In this document: one piece after another, positions 6,688 through 13,270 of the stretch | Numbering within the stretch: the stretch's first letter is position 1 | Layout of the letters: every line of letters starts with the position of its first letter | Assembly: GCA_051747585.1 (NCBI GenBank) | Contig: JBNJGH010000068.1 | Coordinates: forward strand, 1 to 18,547 | Reading direction: 5' to 3' | From: Candidatus Rifleibacteriota bacterium | GTDB lineage: Bacteria; Muiribacteriota; Ozemobacteria; Ozemobacterales; Ozemobacteraceae | DNA length: 18,547 nucleotides | Notes under the pieces: model-generated | What the model was told of the DNA's origin: nothing | Seen by the model: the letters and a program-made list of their open reading frames with translations, nothing else | The model's database searches: none | Program-made: the position numbers and the translations under genes

Positions 6688-7873
6688 TGTTCTGTACAAA
6701 AGTTTTCCCGAAGAATTTTGCTCTTTTCTGAACCTTTCAAAGCGGGTATTCATGATCATATTCGATAAGAACGGCACTATTCTGGAGTGTAGCGACAGTC
6801 TGCGGCATATTATGTCAGAACCCGAGCCGCCCATTGGTCACCATCTGGAAGAAGTCTTTCTTCCCGCTTCCGATAATGGAAGCGGGCTGAAGCTCGAAAA
6901 TTTATTGATAAAGGGAAAATCAAGCGAAAAGTTATCGCCGGCCATAGCAAGGTTAAGTCTTAATAACCGGCCTTGTCGTCTTATTGCAAAAGAAAATCAG
7001 GATTCAGTTGTGTGCTGGGGAGAAGTAATAGGCGATACTTCTACAAGTGGTTTGAACGAAATGAGCAGCCTGACGGGAAATTTTCATGAATTATTAAGCC
7101 AGATTAACTCTCAGCACAAGAAACTGAAAAAAGATCTGGAAGCAGCTGCCTGGCTGCAAACAAAATTTTTGCCCGGCCCAGATCCTATCGAAGGATTTGA
7201 AATTGCATGGCTTTTTCGCCCCTGCGATAAATTAGGCGGTGACTTTTTTAATGTCTTTAAGCTTAATGACGGTCGCCTTGCCGCTTATTTTCTAGATGTT
7301 TCAGGACATGGTGTACCGGCAGCAATGATGGGTATTGCAGTTGTTCAGGCTTTACAGCAGCTGGTAGGTTATCTTGAAGCCAGCTCTGATGCAAAATTAA
7401 CTATGACCCGAATTTTGCACAGATTAGAAGAAGAATTTCCGATCGAACGGTTCAATTTGTATTTCACCATGGTCTACCTTGAAATAGACCCGACCGGAAA
7501 CAAAATGAACTGGGTTAACGCCGGGCATCCCGAGCCGATTTTACAGCGCAAGGGCAGTAGCCCGACCTTTCTGAAAGGGGCAGGCCCATTTGTAGGAATG
7601 GATCAGTCAGATCTTGTTCCGCAAAAGCAAATTGATTTAATTCCCGGTGACCGTATTTATCTTTATTCGGACGGAATTACCGAAAGGCGCAATAAATCCG
7701 GAGGTTTCTTTGAAAAAGAAGGGCTGCTGGAAGCTATTGATAGTAAAAAGCGTGAAAAAGGGCTAGAAGCAACAGTCGAAGAATTAATTGAATCGGTAGA
7801 TTATTTCAGCGGCGGCCTCAAGGCGGAAGATGACCAGACCCTTTTTGCCTTTGAAATTAAGGCCAAAACTTAA
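6677..7873 (+). CDS. PP2C/SpoIIE (RsbU-like) Ser/Thr phosphatase with an N-terminal PAS-like region and coiled coil
   Basis: Motifs GGDFF, DVSGHG, NAGHP, YSDGITE and DDQT. N-terminal IIFDKNGTILECS is PAS-like. Overlaps the upstream gene by 11 nt. Confidence 0.9.
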   Translation: MGSNVLYKSFPEEFCSFLNLSKRVFMIIFDKNGTILECSDSLRHIMSEPEPPIGHHLEEVFLPASDNGSGLKLENLLIKGKSSEKLSPAIARLSLNNRPCRLIAKENQDSVVCWGEVIGDTSTSGLNEMSSLTGNFHELLSQINSQHKKLKKDLEAAAWLQTKFLPGPDPIEGFEIAWLFRPCDKLGGDFFNVFKLNDGRLAAYFLDVSGHGVPAAMMGIAVVQALQQLVGYLEASSDAKLTMTRILHRLEEEFPIERFNLYFTMVYLEIDPTGNKMNWVNAGHPEPILQRKGSSPTFLKGAGPFVGMDQSDLVPQKQIDLIPGDRIYLYSDGITERRNKSGGFFEKEGLLEAIDSKKREKGLEATVEELIESVDYFSGGLKAEDDQTLFAFEIKAKT

Positions 7874-7943
7874 GTGAATTCTATTGAAAATGAAAAAAAT
7901 AAAGCTTAAATTATAAAAGTTGTATTTTGAGCGCTTGTCGTTC

Positions 7944-7973
7944 TTGACCTGAAAGCTCAAGATTCAGTAATAT
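7944..7973 (+). promoter_or_regulatory. Possible sigma-70 promoter for the nucleoside phosphorylase operon
   Basis: TTGACC-N18-TAATAT about 35 nt upstream of ATG 8008. The context is AT-rich, so support is weak. Confidence 0.3.
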
Positions 7974-8007
7974 CAAATATAGACAAATACAGAGGAAGGA
8001 ATAGATA

Positions 8008-8742
8008 ATGCAACCTCATTTAAAGTTAAAAGAAGGCCAGATTTCACCCTACGTTCTGGTCTGCGGTGATCCGGCCCGGGCAGAAAAAATAGCAAAACTT
8101 TGCGACAGTTACGAAGAACTCGCATATAACAGAGAATACAGAACTTTTCTCGGTGTTTATAAAGGTGAAAAAATCACCATAACCTCACATGGCGTTGGCT
8201 CTGCCGGTGCTTCGATCTGCTTTGAAGAGCTGATCAAAATTGGAGCAAAGGTAATAGTAAGAGTTGGAACCTGCGGAACCCTGCAGGACGACATGGATCA
8301 AGGAGAACATATCATAGCCACCGGCGCAGTTCGCGAAGATGGTGTGACGCCTTTGCTGGTGCCTCTGGGTTACCCGGCGATTTCTGACGCCGAAGTATGT
8401 CTCGCTATCGAAAAAGCCTGCAAAGATATGAATGCACCCTTTAAAAGGGGAATTATGGTCACTTCCGATGTTTTTTATCCGGCAGTATTGCCAGGTTCTC
8501 TCGAGACCTACAAAAAAGCCGGAGTTCCCGGAGTAGAAATGGAATGCTCTGCCTTGTTCGTAATTGCTTCGTTGCGTGGCGCCAGGGCTGGTGCAATAGC
8601 TACTGTTGATGGAAACCCGCTTAAGTGGGATCAAGGTAACTACGATCCCCATGGTGAGAAAGTGGCCCAGGGCAAAAAGAGAATGCTTGAGATTGGGCTC
8701 GAATCTATGGCTGCCATGAGCAAAGCCGGCTTAAAGGAATAA
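8008..8742 (+). CDS. Nucleoside phosphorylase (uridine phosphorylase / PNP_UDP_1 family)
   Basis: Motifs GDPARA, NREY, SHGVGSAGASICFEEL, RVGTCG and VEMECS. GAGGAAGGA RBS. Confidence 0.92.
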   Translation: MQPHLKLKEGQISPYVLVCGDPARAEKIAKLCDSYEELAYNREYRTFLGVYKGEKITITSHGVGSAGASICFEELIKIGAKVIVRVGTCGTLQDDMDQGEHIIATGAVREDGVTPLLVPLGYPAISDAEVCLAIEKACKDMNAPFKRGIMVTSDVFYPAVLPGSLETYKKAGVPGVEMECSALFVIASLRGARAGAIATVDGNPLKWDQGNYDPHGEKVAQGKKRMLEIGLESMAAMSKAGLKE

Positions 8743-8748
8743 TTAATC

Positions 8749-9885
8749 ATGAGCGGACCGGTTGTAGTTCTTCTTCCATATTTGAGCTGTTCGGGACTTG
8801 AACTCTTTGGTATCCGGTTCGCTCAAGATTTGCTCTCGAGAAATATTGAGACAATAGTCGCAGCTCCTGATCAAAGCATGATTGCCGAGCAATGTTTCGA
8901 GCGTAACATTCCCAGGCACGAGTTTCCCGAAATAAAAAAATATGAACCCTGGGGGTTCCCGGCAGCTCTTAATATGATTAATGAGCTAGAGCCCGCTGCA
9001 GTTATAGCTTTTAGAACTCAGCTTATGTACCCTCTGCATTTTGCCCGACTAATTAGTGGCAAACATATACCTTTTTTACTTTTTTACCGTATCGGTGCCG
9101 GAAGCCTCTATCGTAATGATCCTCTGCATCGCAGGCTTTTTAAACATCTGACTGCCGTTGTTCCAAATGCCATGCACGTTAAAAATAAAATATTGAAATT
9201 CTGGGGAATCGATCCTGAAAAGGTTGTTTGTATTCATAGTGGAGTTGATACAAACCGTTATCAGCCGGACTCTGTAGCTCGTTGCCAAATAAGAACCCAG
9301 CTGGGTTTAACTGAAAATGATCTTTTAATTGGTAGTTCGGGCAGAATTCATCCGGAAAAAGGCTCTGAAATCCTGTTGCGCGCTTTGTTTGATGAAAAAG
9401 GCGCCGCTAAAGATCGCAGTAATGTTCATCTGGTTTATATAGGACGGGAATACAAACCGGGATACATCGAACATTTGAAAAACGTTGCTCAAGAACTGGG
9501 AGTGACAGAGAAGTTTCACGTGCTTCCATTCAGAAACGATATCGAGAAATTTTATTCGGCTCTTGATATTTTTGCTTTTGCAGTTACCTCGAGCGAAACT
9601 TATGCTTATGTCGCCCTGGAGGCCCTTGCTTGCGGAGTTCCTCCCATCGTACCTTATATCGGGGGTATGAAAGAAATGTATGAGCACAATGTTCATGGCT
9701 GGTTTTTTGAGCACCGTAATACCGATTCTTTGCGTAAAATTTTAAGTCGAACCATTAATACCAGGAAAAGCGAATTAAAAAAAATAGGGCTTGCCGGACG
9801 GGAAAAAATTATTAAAGAAGCCAGCTGGGATATAATGATGCAAAAGTATCTTGATCTTTTTACAAAATTTGATATTAGACTTTAA
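8749..9885 (+). CDS. Glycosyltransferase family 4 (GT-B fold)
   Basis: IHSGVD, GRIHPEKG and the E-x7-E motif ETYAYVALEALACGVP. Confidence 0.9.
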   Translation: MSGPVVVLLPYLSCSGLELFGIRFAQDLLSRNIETIVAAPDQSMIAEQCFERNIPRHEFPEIKKYEPWGFPAALNMINELEPAAVIAFRTQLMYPLHFARLISGKHIPFLLFYRIGAGSLYRNDPLHRRLFKHLTAVVPNAMHVKNKILKFWGIDPEKVVCIHSGVDTNRYQPDSVARCQIRTQLGLTENDLLIGSSGRIHPEKGSEILLRALFDEKGAAKDRSNVHLVYIGREYKPGYIEHLKNVAQELGVTEKFHVLPFRNDIEKFYSALDIFAFAVTSSETYAYVALEALACGVPPIVPYIGGMKEMYEHNVHGWFFEHRNTDSLRKILSRTINTRKSELKKIGLAGREKIIKEASWDIMMQKYLDLFTKFDIRL

Positions 9886-9917
9886 ACACAGTTCCTTGAA
9901 AGGATTTTTCACAGAAA

Positions 9918-10211
9918 ATGAAGTTGATACTTGAAACAGAAAGAGGCACGAGAAAAGAAATAAGCAAGTTCCCCTGCCTGGTTGGGCGAAGTTCCAGTTG
10001 CGATTTAACTTTTGACAGCAATGTGGCAAGTCGCAAACATGCTCAATTTCTGGAAGAAAATGACAAGGCCTTTGTTGAAGATCTCGGCAGTTCCAATGGT
10101 ACCTTTATCAATCTCAAGCAGATCAAGGGTAAGGTTGAAATTTTCAGGGGCGATCTGCTTAAATTCGGTGATGTGCGTTTTCGCGTAGTTTTGGGACCGG
10201 AAAGACCTTGA
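9918..10211 (+). CDS. Stand-alone FHA domain protein
   Basis: FHA motifs GR, SRKHA, DLGSSNGTF and GD..KFG. Confidence 0.92.
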   Translation: MKLILETERGTRKEISKFPCLVGRSSSCDLTFDSNVASRKHAQFLEENDKAFVEDLGSSNGTFINLKQIKGKVEIFRGDLLKFGDVRFRVVLGPERP

Positions 10212-10212
10212 A

Positions 10213-11235
10213 TTGAAATCACTGCTAACCGGCCTGTTTGCAGCTTTTATAGTCTGGCTGCTTTGGCCTGCGGCCAATGTCCCTCCTTCAGAAAAAGCTC
10301 TTCCTGAAGGCTGGAAACATTTTTGTCATAAAGATCAGATTAGAGCGCTGGTTTTAATAGATGATCATATCTATATTGGTGGTTTATCCGGTCTGACAAA
10401 AGTAAACTGGCAAAAACCCGATAAAGTTATAAATGTTTCTGGTCCTGATAACTTTGATCTGGTAAGAATAGAGGCAATGATTGCAGATTCATCCGGGACC
10501 CTCTGGATAGGTCACGAGCAGGGATTGCATACTCTCGATAACGTTTCTCAATGGCAAAATCTGACAGGGCAGTTGCCTGATCCGAAGGTTCTGGCAATTT
10601 GCCGGGATCCGGATAATAAAATCTGGGTTGGTACCTGGCGTGGAGTTGCATGTTTCCAGGGCCGGGGCGACTGCAGGCATTATCATAAAAAAGACGGTTT
10701 GCCCGCCGATCGGGTTCGCACCATATTTGCCGATTCTCAGGGCGGATTATGGTTCGGAACTTCTGTTTGTCCAAAAGGCGGTCTGGTAAGATGGCTTGAC
10801 GGTCAACAATGGTTCTACGATACTGACAACCTGCTTGCCCATGCCAATGTAACCGCGATGCTTGAAGACAGCAATAAAAAAATCTGGATAGGCACAGGCT
10901 TCTTCGATAAAGGTGGCGTAACTTTTTTTCCCGATTGGCAAAACAATAATGTCGACTCAGCTGAAATCTATAGCCAGAAGACCGGTCTTGCCGGCAACAA
11001 AGGGCGTTCATTGCTTCAGGATAATTATAAAACAATCTGGATAGGCTCTGAGCTTGATGGTTTAACTGCAATCAACAAAAATAGTAAAATAATAACATTT
11101 AAAACAAAAGATGGATTAATTGGTGATGAGGTGATGGCAATGCTGCAAGACCCCGCAGGCAATCTCTGGCTTGGCCAGGAAGAGGGGCTGTGCCGCATCG
11201 CCAGCCATACCCTTAAAGCCGTCGCCAGAAAATAA
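10213..11235 (+). CDS. Exported beta-propeller protein (two-component regulator propeller-type repeats, no signalling output domain)
   Basis: N-terminal hydrophobic signal or anchor. Repeated D..G.(L/I)W.G blades and DGLP/DGLI motifs. TTG start 1 nt after the FHA stop. Confidence 0.85.
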   Translation: MKSLLTGLFAAFIVWLLWPAANVPPSEKALPEGWKHFCHKDQIRALVLIDDHIYIGGLSGLTKVNWQKPDKVINVSGPDNFDLVRIEAMIADSSGTLWIGHEQGLHTLDNVSQWQNLTGQLPDPKVLAICRDPDNKIWVGTWRGVACFQGRGDCRHYHKKDGLPADRVRTIFADSQGGLWFGTSVCPKGGLVRWLDGQQWFYDTDNLLAHANVTAMLEDSNKKIWIGTGFFDKGGVTFFPDWQNNNVDSAEIYSQKTGLAGNKGRSLLQDNYKTIWIGSELDGLTAINKNSKIITFKTKDGLIGDEVMAMLQDPAGNLWLGQEEGLCRIASHTLKAVARK

Positions 11236-11237
11236 TT

Positions 11238-11449
11238 AACCACAGAGCTCACAGAGGGTCACAGAGAGTCTTTTTCAGCCTATGTTTCTGCCTTTAACAA
11301 ACAAGTTAGAAAAACACGAGTGTTTTTCTAACTTGTTTGTTAAAGGCAGAAAAGCCGGACGGTGAAACCGCCGGCTGATTGTCCGATGGACAATCCATGG
11401 CTGAAAAAGATTGAAATTCACCTCCGTGGCCTCGGTGCACTCTGTGGTT
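11238..11449. repeat. Multi-hairpin REPIN/MITE-like element, copy 2 (inverted relative to copy 1)
   Basis: CACAGAG arrays at 11241-11266 and 11422-11449, closing stem 11269-11280/11399-11410, a perfect palindrome with 33-nt arms at 11285-11352, and hairpins at 11353-11376 and 11377-11395. Confidence 0.9.
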
Positions 11450-11476
11450 TAAATTGATTTCAATTTACAAAAATTG

Positions 11477-11518
11477 TTGCTGAATATGATTTTGCAAGTG
11501 TATAATCATGATTATAAT
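11477..11518 (+). promoter_or_regulatory. Likely sigma-70 promoter with an overlapping perfect 16-bp palindrome (candidate operator)
   Basis: TTGCTG-N18-TATAAT (11477-11506). TATAATCATGATTATA (11501-11516) is its own reverse complement. A second TATAAT lies at 11513-11518. Confidence 0.5.
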
Positions 11519-11541
11519 CTTGAGGGGAACTCTTTTCGCTG

Positions 11542-11817
11542 ATGCATACTGAGCTTAGAAAGCGTTATTTAAAGCTGCGGCGTTCCCGCAGTATGGGAAA
11601 TATTGATAATGAAAAATTTCTGGCTGAAGTTCATAAGCTGCGTTTTAAAGATGAAGCCGATGTCTGGTGGCAGATAGACGCCGAATCAGGCGACTGGGTT
11701 AAATGGAACGGTCACGAATGGCAGCCGGCAAGCATTGAGAATGCAAAAATCAAAGGTTCAGAGCAAAAGATTGAAAAAAAAACCCGGCCCGGATGCGAAT
11801 CGAATGCCTTCTGGTGA
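11542..11817 (+). CDS. Trp-rich small domain (helical part plus WWQID..SGDW..WNG..W); probably the N-terminus of the downstream ORF, separated by a frameshift
   Basis: Globular-looking first ~64 aa, then a Lys-rich linker. An A9 tract at 11774-11782 lies in the overlap with the next ORF. Confidence 0.7.
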   Translation: MHTELRKRYLKLRRSRSMGNIDNEKFLAEVHKLRFKDEADVWWQIDAESGDWVKWNGHEWQPASIENAKIKGSEQKIEKKTRPGCESNAFW

Positions 11818-13234
11818 GCCTGATGCAAAAGGCACAGCTGCAGAATTGTCGGGCATAATCAGTATAAGTTTTTCCAGTTTTATCAAGCAGACGGTGAGGG
11901 GGCTTTTTCGTCGGGTCCGTTTAATGATTTTTTTTGGAATCATAGCCTTTCTTTTTCATACTTTTCTTCTGGCAGTTGGGAATGACGGTTATGATAAAAA
12001 TTCGAATATCAGCAGCATGTTTCGCAAGCTTCGCGCTTATAGCCCCAAAATTTTCAGTGGCAATTTACCCTGGCTGATAAAATACACAGTAGGCGATTTC
12101 AAGGTAGGTAGCAATATTGCTATTAAGGATAACAAGATTCCGGCAACTGCAGGTTGGGCCCTGGGCGGAGCAATGTTGCTCTTGGGCTGGCGAGGTTTTC
12201 GCAGATTCGGTTTGTTCGGGGGTATGGGGCGTCTGCTGGCAATGCCTAAACGTATTGCTTCAATGTGTGGGCCTAACACCTGGGTAAACCTGGGCGGTCT
12301 GGCTGCGGGTGTTATATTTGCTGGTTATTTTAGTGACTGGTTGCCCCATCAGTCTCAGAACATGCTGAGTTTTATAAGTCTGGGAATGATGGGGTCCATG
12401 CTGCCTCTGGCCCTGGGAAGCCTGCTTGCAAGAGCAGCCAATCAAATCTTTCGCCATTTTAAAACTAACTTATTAAAAAAAATTGGCTTTGCCAGTCTGG
12501 CGCAAATGCTTTTCATGGGCTTTACCTGCGGCATGTTTGCCAATTCAGTCTGGAAATATGGTCCCTATGTCGGTATGGCTCTGGGCGTATATACAATTTA
12601 TCTGGTAGTAACCCGCCCGAATGCCGGTAAGATGCCATTGTCGCCGCGTGTTTCTCAGTTTTTTGGAATTGTCGGAGTTTTAGGCCTTATCGCGGTTTTG
12701 ACTGAAAACAGCTTGTTTGCCCACGATAAGGGCTGGTGGGAAAATGTGAACTCAAATGATCCATTGAAGGATCAGATCGTTTCCTGGGTAAAGGCTCCCG
12801 GTTCGACTGAACTTATGAAGGCCGGAGTTCCGCCATCTATCGGCGCTGCTGTCGGCGCAGGAGCTGCCGATGCAGCCTCTGATACTACTACTTATGTTTT
12901 GCAGGTTAATACCCATTATATCGAGGCCGGTCCTGAAACTGAAGAAGAGTTGCTGGTAGCGGTTTGGAAGTCAGAAGACGGTGGTCCACTGGTTCCGGCA
13001 GGTGATGCTTCAATCAGCATTAGCGGAAGCGCACCATGGCTGACTTTAAGCCAGACCTCTGGTGTTTGTCGGGTGAATTGTCTTGTCGGTCAGACTGCTG
13101 AGTCAGTTCAGTCGTCTACAATTCCTGAGTCTGTAATTCTTAATGTTACCGGAGCAGGTGGTGGACAAACCTGCTCCTCTACTGTTACGGTCGCTCCAGG
13201 TGGTATGCCGCAGTATGTGCTGGAGGTTTTCTGA
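11735..13234 (+). CDS. Uncharacterised polytopic membrane protein with a C-terminal Gly/Ala-rich helix and beta-rich (Ig/BACON-like) domain; likely the C-terminal part of a frameshifted 563-aa gene
   Basis: About 7 Gly-rich hydrophobic segments, then HDKGWWE, GAAVGAGAA and SGSAPWLTLS. The TTG start lacks an RBS. Removing one A from the A9 tract fuses it to 11542. Confidence 0.75.
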   Translation: MRMQKSKVQSKRLKKKPGPDANRMPSGEPDAKGTAAELSGIISISFSSFIKQTVRGLFRRVRLMIFFGIIAFLFHTFLLAVGNDGYDKNSNISSMFRKLRAYSPKIFSGNLPWLIKYTVGDFKVGSNIAIKDNKIPATAGWALGGAMLLLGWRGFRRFGLFGGMGRLLAMPKRIASMCGPNTWVNLGGLAAGVIFAGYFSDWLPHQSQNMLSFISLGMMGSMLPLALGSLLARAANQIFRHFKTNLLKKIGFASLAQMLFMGFTCGMFANSVWKYGPYVGMALGVYTIYLVVTRPNAGKMPLSPRVSQFFGIVGVLGLIAVLTENSLFAHDKGWWENVNSNDPLKDQIVSWVKAPGSTELMKAGVPPSIGAAVGAGAADAASDTTTYVLQVNTHYIEAGPETEEELLVAVWKSEDGGPLVPAGDASISISGSAPWLTLSQTSGVCRVNCLVGQTAESVQSSTIPESVILNVTGAGGGQTCSSTVTVAPGGMPQYVLEVF

Positions 13235-13270
13235 TAATGTTTTATGAAAATGCTGAATTGAGGTTAATTA

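Noticed and set aside
7874..8007. Purine or nucleoside riboswitch before the phosphorylase
   Set aside because: Only a weak TCTTGA/TCAAGA inverted repeat is present, with no recognisable aptamer consensus.
10427..11071. 214-aa antisense ORF and the other short antisense ORFs inside long genes
   Set aside because: They lie wholly opposite well-supported genes and show no motifs or RBS; they are shadow ORFs.
11285..11352. Simple rho-independent terminator
   Set aside because: The 33-bp AT-rich stem has no U-tract on the + strand and is part of a larger repeated element. It may still affect transcription.
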